The notes beneath the pieces were generated by a model, which made no database searches, was not told where the DNA came from, and saw only the letters and a program-made list of their open reading frames with translations. From positions 83,740 to 147,739 of the forward strand of contig CAZHIA010000004.1 of NCBI GenBank assembly GCA_964532425.1: a stretch of 64,000 bases of DNA, in the 5' to 3' direction. Positions 47,460 to 57,042 of the stretch are shown piece after piece. Position numbers and translations under genes: made by a program. How positions within the stretch are numbered: the stretch's first letter is position 1; each line of letters opens with the position of its first letter. Source of the stretch: an uncultured Candidatus Saccharibacteria bacterium (GTDB lineage Bacteria; Patescibacteriota; Doudnabacteria; UBA920).

Positions 47460-47975
47460 CTACTTTTCAAATTCGTGCAAGAGGTGTTCCGGGCAATCAG
47501 ACGGAACCATATAATATTTTATCCGAAAGGTTTCAGCTAGTACTTGGTCGCTGCTGCTATCGCCAATGTACAGGGATTCGCTCAAATCAATTTCATGCTT
47601 TTGTAAAGCCTGATGCATAAGGCCCGGACCGGGTTTTCGGCACTGGCATGTTCCCGTCTCGTGAGGGCAATAAAAAATGTCTAGAATTTCTATGCCTTCT
47701 GAGGCAAATAAATTTTGCATCTTTTTATGTATAAGCTCCAAGTCCCGCTCGGAAAACATCCCCCGTGCTATTCCCCGTTGGTTGGTTAAAATGATGAATT
47801 CAAAACCTTCCGATTGAAGTCTCTTGAGAATGGGGAAGATCCCGGGAAGCACTTCAAAATCCTCATGATGCTTAATATAGTCATGCGGCGCAGCACGGCG
47901 ATTTATAACCCCGTCCCTATCCAAAAATGCTATTTTTTTAACCATGACCATTCTGTTAATTGAAGCCTTATACAT
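47460..47975 (-). CDS. gmhB: D-glycero-D-manno-heptose 1,7-bisphosphate phosphatase
   Basis: FLDRDGVIN, TNQRG, CPH..CQCRKP, IGDSSSD; true start may be an internal Met. Confidence 0.9.
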   Translation of the reverse strand: MYKASINRMVMVKKIAFLDRDGVINRRAAPHDYIKHHEDFEVLPGIFPILKRLQSEGFEFIILTNQRGIARGMFSERDLELIHKKMQNLFASEGIEILDIFYCPHETGTCQCRKPGPGLMHQALQKHEIDLSESLYIGDSSSDQVLAETFRIKYYMVPSDCPEHLLHEFEK

Positions 47976-48012
47976 CCCACACTCTCTACCGGGCTTTTCC
48001 CTGAATCATTTC

Positions 48013-48771
48013 CTACTTATGATTGGAGCAAACTGCCACCATAAATCGCGAACGAACGACCCAGGATTCTTGAGTGCCAAAAACGATATCCTTCTCTTCT
48101 AATTCCGGTTTAATCCAATTGATAAGTTTAAGCTTCAACGAATTGTTCCACTTATATGGAATGACTTTTCTAAAAGAGTACAAAATAGGGTTCACGAGAT
48201 ACCATACCCAATGGTCATTATAAACCGGGGTACGCTGACCGTAAAAAGTATCGATGGCAAAGAATCCGCCCAAGGCTTCTTTAAATTCCGAAATGGTCAT
48301 TTCAAAACAATGGTGGGGATTAATAGGCTGTTTGGTACCTGGTGAATATAAAGTTTTATTCGGTGTCGAGATATAAACCAAGCCCCCCGGTTTAAGCACC
48401 CTCTTAATCTCGGAAAGGAATCTTTTCCAGTCACAGATATGTTCAAATACCTCATAAGCGACCACGACATCAAAGCTGCTGTCAGGAAAAGGGATTTCCG
48501 TTCCTGAACCCTGCTTGTATTCAATTTTGGCATTATTCCAATTTTGTCTAGCATAATCCAGCGCTTCCGCCGAGACATCAACACCTTTTACAGCGGAAAA
48601 TTTGTCAGCCAGAACGAAACTTCCATGGCCACTGCCACACCCAATATCGAGCACGGTTCCGGCAGGGACGCCTTCAACCAGTCGATACCTCGCTAAATGT
48701 TCCAGCAAATTGTTTTTAGACAATTGGCTTTTACTATCCAACCGCTCACCACCAAATCTGTTTTGGCTCAT
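48013..48771 (-). CDS. Class I SAM-dependent methyltransferase
   Basis: EHLARY, VLDIGCGSG, YEVFEH, STPN; start reset to MSQNR. Confidence 0.9.
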   Translation of the reverse strand: MSQNRFGGERLDSKSQLSKNNLLEHLARYRLVEGVPAGTVLDIGCGSGHGSFVLADKFSAVKGVDVSAEALDYARQNWNNAKIEYKQGSGTEIPFPDSSFDVVVAYEVFEHICDWKRFLSEIKRVLKPGGLVYISTPNKTLYSPGTKQPINPHHCFEMTISEFKEALGGFFAIDTFYGQRTPVYNDHWVWYLVNPILYSFRKVIPYKWNNSLKLKLINWIKPELEEKDIVFGTQESWVVRSRFMVAVCSNHK

Positions 48772-48772
48772 A

Positions 48773-49762
48773 CTACAAATTTTTGTTAATGAATAAGACT
48801 TTACTTCCTTCGGGGTCAAATTTGATTTCCATTTCTTTATACTTACATAAGGCTTTCTTGATACCTTCATGGCTATCTGGCGGTGCAAAAACCATTAAAA
48901 ATCCGCCACCCCCAGCCCCGAGTATTTTGCCTCCCAAAGCGCCGTTTTGCCTGGCTGCATCATACATGGCATCGATTTCCGAATTAGTGATGGTCTTTGC
49001 CAAACTCCTTTTTAGCAGCCAACCTTCGTGCAACACCCTGCCAAAATCTTCCAGCTTGCCGTTCTCTAAATCGTGCTTGAGCGTTTTTGCCATGCCGGCC
49101 ATTTCCTTCAGGGTCTGAATATTCTTCTCTTCAGAAAATCCCTGCACCTGCTCCCTGAGAACATGGTGGGCAGTCCGCTGAATACCCGTATAAAACAGTA
49201 ATAGCGAATCTTCCAGATCCCTCAAAGTTTCTTCCCGCGTCAGAACACAGTCGACTTGTATATGCCCGCTCGACAAGTACTGAATAAATTTAAATCCGCC
49301 AAAACTTGCTATGTACTGGTCCTGCTTGCCAATCGGTTCTTTGAGCACCTCAATCTCTATTCTGCACGCCTCGTCAGCCAGCTGTTGTTCGGAAACCGTT
49401 TGTCCCCTATGGGCATACAAAGCCCTCAACAGACCCACCAAAAAACTGCTACTGCTCCCAAGACCCGTACCCTTAGAAGGTATGTCAGCCAAGGTTACAA
49501 TTTCCAGACCGCTCGAAATGCCAAGGTGGCGCAGCGCTTCGCGGACACGAGTATGCTCCAGTTCGTCAAGGTGGCTCACATTTTCGGTTTTGGAATAGCT
49601 CACGCGCAGCTGATCATCATGGAAATGCTTGCTGACCGTTACATATACGTACTTATTGATAGCAGTGGAAAGCGTTGCTCCTCCGTGCTCGAGATAGAAT
49701 TGAGGAATATCACTGCCTCCTCCGGCAAAGCTTATCCGAAGAGGTGCCTTTACAATGACCAT
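48773..49762 (-). CDS. hddA: D-glycero-alpha-D-manno-heptose-7-phosphate kinase (GHMP)
   Basis: APLRISFAGGGSD, GTGLGSSS, IGKQDQY, GGKILGAGGGGF. Confidence 0.9.
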   Translation of the reverse strand: MVIVKAPLRISFAGGGSDIPQFYLEHGGATLSTAINKYVYVTVSKHFHDDQLRVSYSKTENVSHLDELEHTRVREALRHLGISSGLEIVTLADIPSKGTGLGSSSSFLVGLLRALYAHRGQTVSEQQLADEACRIEIEVLKEPIGKQDQYIASFGGFKFIQYLSSGHIQVDCVLTREETLRDLEDSLLLFYTGIQRTAHHVLREQVQGFSEEKNIQTLKEMAGMAKTLKHDLENGKLEDFGRVLHEGWLLKRSLAKTITNSEIDAMYDAARQNGALGGKILGAGGGGFLMVFAPPDSHEGIKKALCKYKEMEIKFDPEGSKVLFINKNL

Positions 49763-49770
49763 ATAGTTGG

Positions 49771-50499
49771 CTATGTATGAAAATAAAACTTTGCTAAATC
49801 TTGCGCTTTATTATAACTTTCCACTGTCCCGATGTCGAGCAAAAGCTCCTGCATGGGATACGCAATCAGTTGTTGGCCACTGGCAAGCATGACCGGAAAC
49901 ACGTGCCGGCCAAAGTCATACGGACGTGTGGCAGTGCCGTCAAGCTTTTTGATAAAATCCGGTGAAAGGACATAAATACCTGCATTAGCATGACGACTCG
50001 TAATCTGATCGATGGGCGGCTTCTCTATAAATTTCGTAATATTCAAACGGTTGTCGAAATGTACAATACCTTTGCTTTCCGGGTGTTCTTCCTTATACAC
50101 AGCTATCGTAGCCGTGCCCCCATTTTCGAAATGATGTTTAATTAGACGGTCGTAATCGATATTCGTCAAATTATCCCCGTAAACCACCAGCGTGTGGCCA
50201 CCTTGAAAATAATCCTTATTTTTCAACAAAGTACCGGCACTGCCGAGCAACTCCGGCTCATACGTCAGGGTTATGTCCATCTCCGGAAACCGAGCCTTAT
50301 ACTCGTCCTTAAAAACCTGAACCTGCTCTGGCAAATAGTGAGTATTTATAAGCACCTGGTGCACACCCGCTTTACGTAAGGCCTTCAAATGCCAAAATAG
50401 CAGCGGCTGGCCCGCTACTGGCACTAAAGGTTTTGGAACAGTATCGGTGATGGGCCGAAGTCGAGTACCGAGTCCAGCCGCTAGGATCAGGGCTCTCAT
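49771..50499 (-). CDS. hddC: Sugar-1-phosphate nucleotidyltransferase (HddC-like)
   Basis: LAAGLGTRLRP..PKPL, LLGSAG, YGD, EKP, DIGT; adjacent to hddA. Confidence 0.75.
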   Translation of the reverse strand: MRALILAAGLGTRLRPITDTVPKPLVPVAGQPLLFWHLKALRKAGVHQVLINTHYLPEQVQVFKDEYKARFPEMDITLTYEPELLGSAGTLLKNKDYFQGGHTLVVYGDNLTNIDYDRLIKHHFENGGTATIAVYKEEHPESKGIVHFDNRLNITKFIEKPPIDQITSRHANAGIYVLSPDFIKKLDGTATRPYDFGRHVFPVMLASGQQLIAYPMQELLLDIGTVESYNKAQDLAKFYFHT

Positions 50500-51485
50500 G
50501 CGTGTTTCTCAAGATAATTGTATGCGGTTCTTATGATATCCTCTATGCTCGTGTATTTGGGTTGCCAACCAAGGTCCTGCTGTGCACTGCTGGCATCGGC
50601 AATGAGAACTGAAGGGTCGCCGGGGCGGCGCTCCTTGATTGAGTACTTTATTTTTTCCCCCGTTACCCTTTCTGCGGCTTTTATGAGTTCCAAAACTGAA
50701 AATCCCTTATTGATTCCAAGATTGTATTGCTGGCACACGGTAGCACTGCCAAACAGCTTCCCGAGAGCCAAAATATGAGCTTCGGCTAAGTCATTTACAT
50801 GGACATAATCCCGTATGCCGGTGCCATCCGGAGTTGGAAAATCGTTGCCATACACAAAGAACTCATCCCGCTTCCCCATGGCCGTATTCAGCAACATAGG
50901 AATTACATGAGTCTCTGGATTATGGTTCTCACCAATAAGCCCCGACTCATCATTACCGCTGGCGCAAAAGTACCTAAACGAAACCGAACTCAGCCCATAC
51001 GCCTTATGAAAATCTTTCAGGATCTGCTCGAACACAAGCTTGGTATACCCATAGGGATTTGTTGGCACTTTTTGATGGTTTTCGGAAATAATCTGATTAT
51101 TCGGTTCTCCGTATACTGAAGCGGATGATGAAAAAACCATGCGATGTACTCCATGCTCCCGCATGCAGGAAAGCAGATTTAAACCTCCTACAATGTTATT
51201 CTCATAATACCCTAGTGGATCCTTAACCGAATTCGGAACATTGGCCAAGGCAGCAAAATGAACGACAATGTCCGGCTGAACACTAGCGAACAGCTGTTTG
51301 AGCTTCGGCTTATCGCACATGTCCACCTCGTGGTAGGTGACCTTTGGATCGTTGATGGTATTACTGCGGCTCTGACTAAAGTTGTCCGCGACGTCAATAG
51401 TAAAACCCTGCTGTTTTCTCAGTAGGTTAACAAAATGGGAGCCTATGTATCCCGCTCCGCCGGTGACGAGAACTGTTTTATTCAT
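50496..51485 (-). CDS. galE: UDP-glucose 4-epimerase
   Basis: TGGAGYIGSH, HFAA, FSSSA, NPYGYTK, DGTGIRDYVHV, RRPGD. Confidence 0.92.
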   Translation of the reverse strand: MNKTVLVTGGAGYIGSHFVNLLRKQQGFTIDVADNFSQSRSNTINDPKVTYHEVDMCDKPKLKQLFASVQPDIVVHFAALANVPNSVKDPLGYYENNIVGGLNLLSCMREHGVHRMVFSSSASVYGEPNNQIISENHQKVPTNPYGYTKLVFEQILKDFHKAYGLSSVSFRYFCASGNDESGLIGENHNPETHVIPMLLNTAMGKRDEFFVYGNDFPTPDGTGIRDYVHVNDLAEAHILALGKLFGSATVCQQYNLGINKGFSVLELIKAAERVTGEKIKYSIKERRPGDPSVLIADASSAQQDLGWQPKYTSIEDIIRTAYNYLEKHA

Positions 51486-51486
51486 G

Positions 51487-52443
51487 CTATTTAATGATTT
51501 TCTTTATATGCCTCCTCAGTTTGATGAGGGGTTGGAGATAAATATGAAGAACAGAAGGTTTGGGCTGTCGGCCAACGCGCTTTACGAATTCAGTTCTCAA
51601 CTCCGGAATATCCCAAATTTCCAAAGGTTCAAAATTTTCGATACCAAACCTGTCAAAGAAACTAATAACGGTTTTTAAATGCCACGAAGGAGGCAAATTT
51701 TCGATATTGGCTGGCATCACAAGACCTTCGAACCACTCTTTCGGTATGGGAGAGAATTTAAATCCCGGGTTCTTTTCCGGAAAATAGTACTTATTATTTA
51801 TCTTTACATACCTGCCTGGCTCATGAATAAGATCCGAGCAACGGCACCAGGCTTGTTTGAGCATACATCGATTCCAGTTGACGAAGGTAAAGTGTAAGCA
51901 CGCTCCGGTCTGGGGTTCGAGCCGTATGGAGTTCTGGTCAGTAGTCAACCCTGGCGTGCGGCCGACATGCATAAAAGCAAAAGAGTGCTGCAGGTCTTGG
52001 CTGTCACAGAATACCAAATCTTTATAATTATCCTTAAAGAGCGAACGCTTGTCATCTATAAAAATGTAAGGATCCTTCCATAAAAACATCCACTGCATAA
52101 GCAATTTCTGACCCGGCTTGAGCTGGGATATAATTTCCCTTCCGTGCTGTCTGAATGGCAAAGAAAAGGCTTCATCGGCGTCCAGACAAATAAAATGAGT
52201 ACCGCCACGCTTCCTCCCCTCTTCCAAAAGCCGCTGCCGCATTGAGAATTCAGGGGTACCGCTTTTCCAGACCTCGTGGTTTTCCAATACTATTGCTCCG
52301 GCGTTTTGGAGAATGTGCTTGGTATCGTCGGTTGAACCGTCGTCAATGGCAATAACCTCATCTGCCAGATCTTTCATGCCGGACAGGTAGGTTGGAAGGA
52401 TCCATGATTCGTTTTTTACCATCAACAAAGCAATGATCTTCAT
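51487..52443 (-). CDS. Glycosyltransferase family 2-like
   Basis: VKNE, IDDGSTD, LDADE. Confidence 0.85.
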   Translation of the reverse strand: MKIIALLMVKNESWILPTYLSGMKDLADEVIAIDDGSTDDTKHILQNAGAIVLENHEVWKSGTPEFSMRQRLLEEGRKRGGTHFICLDADEAFSLPFRQHGREIISQLKPGQKLLMQWMFLWKDPYIFIDDKRSLFKDNYKDLVFCDSQDLQHSFAFMHVGRTPGLTTDQNSIRLEPQTGACLHFTFVNWNRCMLKQAWCRCSDLIHEPGRYVKINNKYYFPEKNPGFKFSPIPKEWFEGLVMPANIENLPPSWHLKTVISFFDRFGIENFEPLEIWDIPELRTEFVKRVGRQPKPSVLHIYLQPLIKLRRHIKKIIK

Positions 52444-53396
52444 TTCTTCATTCTCCTGATTACTTTCTTAAACACCCAAACAGGATCAGTAACAAGATAT
52501 CTGAGTCCTGCACTCAACTTTTCCAACTTCTCAACATTGAACATATTTCTTCTGAGGCCTGACCGAAAATAATTGGCAAACCTTTGTTGCAACATAGTCT
52601 CGTACTCCGGCACAAATTCCCTGACATGCTTCTTTTGGCCATTCCAGTATACATGGTAAATGTCGTACTGAAGTGCTTGGGGCAGGAGGCTATAATTTAT
52701 TTTGTCATATATGCCATAACGCAGCTGAACCACAGTCCGCTCAATCTGTTGCAACTTACCACTACTAGCACTGTTACTATTCTCATAGCGCGTATAGTAG
52801 AGCAGAGCGTCGCCGGGAGTTTTCCTGAATTCGCAGTTGAAGGCCGCTCTGACCTGAAAATCAAAATCACTGCCCGATCGAAACTGCTCATCCCACAAGC
52901 CCACTTTTTTGAGAAGCGATGTTCTAAAAAAATGATTAGGCCCGACAATGGAAGCCCTGGTGGCCAGATCCTTGGTAAAATCCTTAACCTTGATCTGTAA
53001 ACCCTTGTGCGAGCCCTGCTCCGACACGATTACAAAATCCCCGTATGTATAATCCGCATCAGGATAAGCCCTCAGAGTTGCGATTTCGCGGGTAAAGCAA
53101 TCCGCTGCCCTTATATCATCGACGTCTGCGAGCGCCAAAAACTCGGAATCCAAATGGGTAAAACCGCGATTAGTCGAAGCAGCAATAGATTCCCGGGGTA
53201 CGGTAATCACCCGAATGTTTTCCGGGAATCTCGTTCTATATTCCTCCACAATAGCCGTCTCTAGAGCATTAGGATCGTTGAGAATCAACACTATCTCGAA
53301 CTCACTGAAACCCTCAAGCCGGGTAACATTCTCAAAGTAAGCCCTGAGGTACTTTTCGCTCTTATACGTAGTAGTTACTATCGAGAGTTTTTTCAT
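52440..53396 (-). CDS. Glycosyltransferase family 2
   Basis: LSIVTTTY, ADVDD, WDEQFRSGSDFDF. Confidence 0.85.
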   Translation of the reverse strand: MKKLSIVTTTYKSEKYLRAYFENVTRLEGFSEFEIVLILNDPNALETAIVEEYRTRFPENIRVITVPRESIAASTNRGFTHLDSEFLALADVDDIRAADCFTREIATLRAYPDADYTYGDFVIVSEQGSHKGLQIKVKDFTKDLATRASIVGPNHFFRTSLLKKVGLWDEQFRSGSDFDFQVRAAFNCEFRKTPGDALLYYTRYENSNSASSGKLQQIERTVVQLRYGIYDKINYSLLPQALQYDIYHVYWNGQKKHVREFVPEYETMLQQRFANYFRSGLRRNMFNVEKLEKLSAGLRYLVTDPVWVFKKVIRRMKK

Positions 53397-53407
53397 AAGG
53401 AACGAAC

Positions 53408-54346
53408 CTAGACGTTCGAAAAAGGATTTTTGATGTTTATAACCTCTAACACCCGAATCAATTCATCTATACCCTCTTCCAGGCTCACCGTAACGTCATA
53501 CCCCAGAGCGCCGATTTTCTTATACGAAACCACATAATCCCGCTTGTCCTGATCTTCGCCAACCTCAGCGAAATGAAGGTAAGCACCAGTCTTTTTGGCA
53601 ATAAGTTCAGCTACTTCTTTCTTGCTCATATTCATCTTTTCCGATCCCATGTTATACACCTGCCCCTTCATTTTATCGTAATTATCCAGGGCAAACGCAA
53701 AGGACCTGGCTATGTCTGAAACGTGGATGAACGTACGCTTAAAACCACCTTCGTATACCACAAGATACTTTTGTTTAACGCATAAATAGGCAAATTCATT
53801 GATGAGAAGATCGAGCCGCAACCGGGGCGAGACGCCGAAGGCTGTAGCAAATCGGTAAGCGACGGCTTGACCTGTCTCCATGGCTATTTTTTCCGCTTCT
53901 GTCTTTGTCTTGCCGTAAATACTCAATGGCCGAAGCGGCGACTCTTCCGTGCAAATAGGCTCTGTAAGTTCAGACAATTTGCCGTAGTTCGAGCCGGTCG
54001 AACCAAACATGAGCATCTGGCTTGAACTTAGTGCCTCCACGACATTCTTGGTTCCCCCTACATTTACTTCTTCGGCAAGTCTGGGATTTTCCCTACATGC
54101 CGGAAAACCGACAATAGCGGCCAAATGGATAACCGCGTCTTTGTCTTGCATGGCCTGTTTAACCGCGCCCGCATCTCTCACATCTCCCTTGATGAATGTA
54201 AAGTGCTTGTTTCGGAAAAACGGAACAAGCACCGTACCGCCATACATCAGGTTATCATAAATGGTAACCTCATGGCCCTGGCTTAACAATAACGGCGTTA
54301 AAGTCGTCCCTATGTATCCCGCACCTCCGGTAATGAGTATCTTCAT
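53408..54346 (-). CDS. NAD-dependent nucleotide-sugar epimerase/dehydratase
   Basis: TGGAGYIG, HLAAIVG, YGKTK, RFATAFGVSPRLRLDL. Confidence 0.9.
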   Translation of the reverse strand: MKILITGGAGYIGTTLTPLLLSQGHEVTIYDNLMYGGTVLVPFFRNKHFTFIKGDVRDAGAVKQAMQDKDAVIHLAAIVGFPACRENPRLAEEVNVGGTKNVVEALSSSQMLMFGSTGSNYGKLSELTEPICTEESPLRPLSIYGKTKTEAEKIAMETGQAVAYRFATAFGVSPRLRLDLLINEFAYLCVKQKYLVVYEGGFKRTFIHVSDIARSFAFALDNYDKMKGQVYNMGSEKMNMSKKEVAELIAKKTGAYLHFAEVGEDQDKRDYVVSYKKIGALGYDVTVSLEEGIDELIRVLEVINIKNPFSNV

Positions 54347-54353
54347 AGTTTAA

Positions 54354-55271
54354 CTATATTAATTCCTTATAATATTCTATGGTATTTTTGATACCGGTTT
54401 CCAAAGGGGTGAACCGGAAATCCGGATAGGCTTTGCGGAAGTTCGTATCGTCAAGGATTTTGGTGGGGGCTCCATCGGCATATTGGGTATTAAAACGGAA
54501 TTCCACGGGGTACTGCAATACTTGAGCGGCAATGGCTGCTATCTCGGAAATTGAGTATCCAGTTTTCTGACCCAAGTTCAAGGGATAGACCTGGCGTTCG
54601 ATATTGAGAGAATCGACCAAAATTGCTGCCGCGTCTTCGATGTACGCCCATTCCCGAATTGGCTTGCCACTACCCCAAATCTCGAACACTTTGTCGCCTG
54701 CCTTCTGGGCCTTCATGAGTCGGATGATAATACCATTGAGGGCGTGGACCTTATTGGGATCAGTATAGTCGCCGGGTCCGTATGCATTGGGAATAATCCA
54801 ATTGACGCTATTGATATTGTACTGCCGATGGTAGCTATGGGCAAAGGCATAAATCATTCTGCGTACTGACCCGTACGCAAGCACCGACTCGTGGACCGAT
54901 CCTTTTTCCCAGTCGGCTTCGGTCTGGATTTCCGCATCGCCCGGGTACGAGCAATTGGAAATAGGGTTAATGAGTTTCGCATTTGGTGCCGCCTGCCTGA
55001 GTGCTTCGTATACATTTATTACGATTTGCATATTGTCACGAATCATGCCCGCGGAATACTGCATGGCATAGTGTACACTGCCGACATGAGCTGCGCAATT
55101 TATTATGATATCGGGATTGATTTCCTCCAAACGATTTTTAAAGACGGGGAAGTCGGTTATGTCCACACCTTCCCGGCGAGAAATGGAAATAACATCCACA
55201 CCTTTCTCTTTCAGCATGCGGACCACGTGCCTTCCTAAAAACCCAGTTCCTCCAAGGACCAATACTTTCAT
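54354..55271 (-). CDS. GDP-L-fucose synthase-like epimerase/reductase
   Basis: GGTGFLG, CAAHVG, SNCSYP, PNAYGPGD, WGSGKPIREW; start reset to MKVLV. Confidence 0.85.
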   Translation of the reverse strand: MKVLVLGGTGFLGRHVVRMLKEKGVDVISISRREGVDITDFPVFKNRLEEINPDIIINCAAHVGSVHYAMQYSAGMIRDNMQIVINVYEALRQAAPNAKLINPISNCSYPGDAEIQTEADWEKGSVHESVLAYGSVRRMIYAFAHSYHRQYNINSVNWIIPNAYGPGDYTDPNKVHALNGIIIRLMKAQKAGDKVFEIWGSGKPIREWAYIEDAAAILVDSLNIERQVYPLNLGQKTGYSISEIAAIAAQVLQYPVEFRFNTQYADGAPTKILDDTNFRKAYPDFRFTPLETGIKNTIEYYKELI

Positions 55272-55278
55272 ATATACC

Positions 55279-55932
55279 TCACTCCCACATTGGGATCTTA
55301 TTTTTTTCGAGCTCGTCTCGACTGACAGGCTTCTCGTACCTGGGAGAAATGAGCATGCGGTCCCCCACCTCGTCATGGATGTAAGCCATGGCGTCTATCA
55401 GACATTCCTTGCCTATTCTCACATTTTGGTAGACAAAAGAATTGCTGCCGATGAGGGATCCTTCCCCAATTTGGCAATTACCGCTGATACGCGCCCCCGG
55501 CTGGATAAAGTTGTTACCTGCCAGCACACTATCATGTCCCACCGAAGCATTGTAATTGACCACGCAGTGATCGCCCACAACCGCATTAGTGGAAATGGTG
55601 GCATGAGGCATAATGACGCAGCCGCGACCAATTTTTGCCGAAGGTGCTATAGCAGCGGACGGATGAATAATGGAAAAGGCTTGAAAATGGGGGTATTTAC
55701 TCAAAGCTTCTATACAGAGCTTTCGATTGGTGCCGCCAAATCCAATAGTGTAGAACAAGTTCCAGGTTTCGGCTTCTACCGATGCCTTTTGAAAATACTC
55801 CTCGCTAAAGTAAACCATCTCCAAGTCCTGAAACGTTTTGGCATAATAAAGTTCGGCCATCTCCCTAATTTCTACTGCCATATTCTTGACGCCAAAGATT
55901 ACCAGCTTATTCTTTTTATCATTGAGTGCCAT
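55279..55932 (-). CDS. Hexapeptide-repeat sugar acetyltransferase (NeuD/PglD/PerB-like)
   Basis: IIHPSA, VGHD, left-handed beta-helix hexapeptides. Confidence 0.85.
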   Translation of the reverse strand: MALNDKKNKLVIFGVKNMAVEIREMAELYYAKTFQDLEMVYFSEEYFQKASVEAETWNLFYTIGFGGTNRKLCIEALSKYPHFQAFSIIHPSAAIAPSAKIGRGCVIMPHATISTNAVVGDHCVVNYNASVGHDSVLAGNNFIQPGARISGNCQIGEGSLIGSNSFVYQNVRIGKECLIDAMAYIHDEVGDRMLISPRYEKPVSRDELEKNKIPMWE

Positions 55933-55941
55933 GGGTTTGGT

Positions 55942-57039
55942 TTACCATCCGGACTTAATAGTCTTGACTATGGAATCTATATCATCGTCCGTTAAAGCCT
56001 GATGCACCGGTATTGAAATCTGACTGGCATCAAACTTTTCCTGATTGACCAGATCCTTTCTTGGGCCGCCAAAAATGCTATTCTTGTCAATGCGCAGATG
56101 GACAACCGATGAGGGAATTCCGGCTGCTTGCAGCTTCCTGATGAAATCCTCCCTGTTTTCTACCAGCATGGTAAACAACCAATTGGCACTCGTCCTGTCG
56201 CTCCGGTTTTCCAATAAGCTTACACCCGCCACATTTTTGAGTTCATTGCGGTATCGCTGCGCGATTTCCGTTCTCTTCTTCAAAATCTCTGGCAAGTCTG
56301 GCAAGTTCCCCAGCCCGACAGAAGCCGCCAAGTCGTTCATATGATATTTGTAGCCAATATGCGAAACATCATAGACTCTCTCACCAAGAATAGATGGTTG
56401 CGAATTTTTCCGGTCAATACCGAACCATCTAGCATTCTTTGCCTTGGCGGCCAAAGTCTCATCCAAACAGCACAACGCTCCTCCGTCGCCGGTGGTGAGA
56501 TGTTTTATAGCCTGAAAAGAAAAAGCGGTCAGATCCGAAATGGTGCCTATAGGTTTGTTCTTATAGGTTGCCCCCAAGGCATGAGCTGCATCCTCGAGTA
56601 CCTTGATGTTAAACTCCTTTGTAATGGCATGGATCTCATCCAAGTCGCACGGATACCCGGCCCAATGGACCGGAATGACCGCTTTAGTTTTTTCCGTTAT
56701 TTTACTTTTGATCGATTCAGGAGAAATGTTGCCCGTGTTCAGCTGAATATCTGCAAACACAGGCCGTGCCCCGGTCATCAATACCGCCAACCCAGTCGCA
56801 ATGAAGGTTTGTGCGGGAATAATCACCTCGTCTCCAGGCTTAATTCCGAGCACTTCTAACCCGAGGTGCAGCGCGGAGGTGCCACTGTTTACAGTTACTG
56901 GATGGATCAATCCCAAACGGCTTTCGAGCTCGGTCTCGAATTGCTCTGCCATTTTGCCGGCACTAATAAATGTCGAATTTAATACCTGATTTACCAGGCC
57001 GATCGACTCTTTGGAGATGTGGGTATGAAAAAAATCCAT
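55942..57039 (-). CDS. DegT/DnrJ family sugar aminotransferase
   Basis: NSGTSALH, EDAAHA, FSFQAIKHLTTGDGG. Confidence 0.93.
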   Translation of the reverse strand: MDFFHTHISKESIGLVNQVLNSTFISAGKMAEQFETELESRLGLIHPVTVNSGTSALHLGLEVLGIKPGDEVIIPAQTFIATGLAVLMTGARPVFADIQLNTGNISPESIKSKITEKTKAVIPVHWAGYPCDLDEIHAITKEFNIKVLEDAAHALGATYKNKPIGTISDLTAFSFQAIKHLTTGDGGALCCLDETLAAKAKNARWFGIDRKNSQPSILGERVYDVSHIGYKYHMNDLAASVGLGNLPDLPEILKKRTEIAQRYRNELKNVAGVSLLENRSDRTSANWLFTMLVENREDFIRKLQAAGIPSSVVHLRIDKNSIFGGPRKDLVNQEKFDASQISIPVHQALTDDDIDSIVKTIKSGW

Positions 57040-57042
57040 ACA

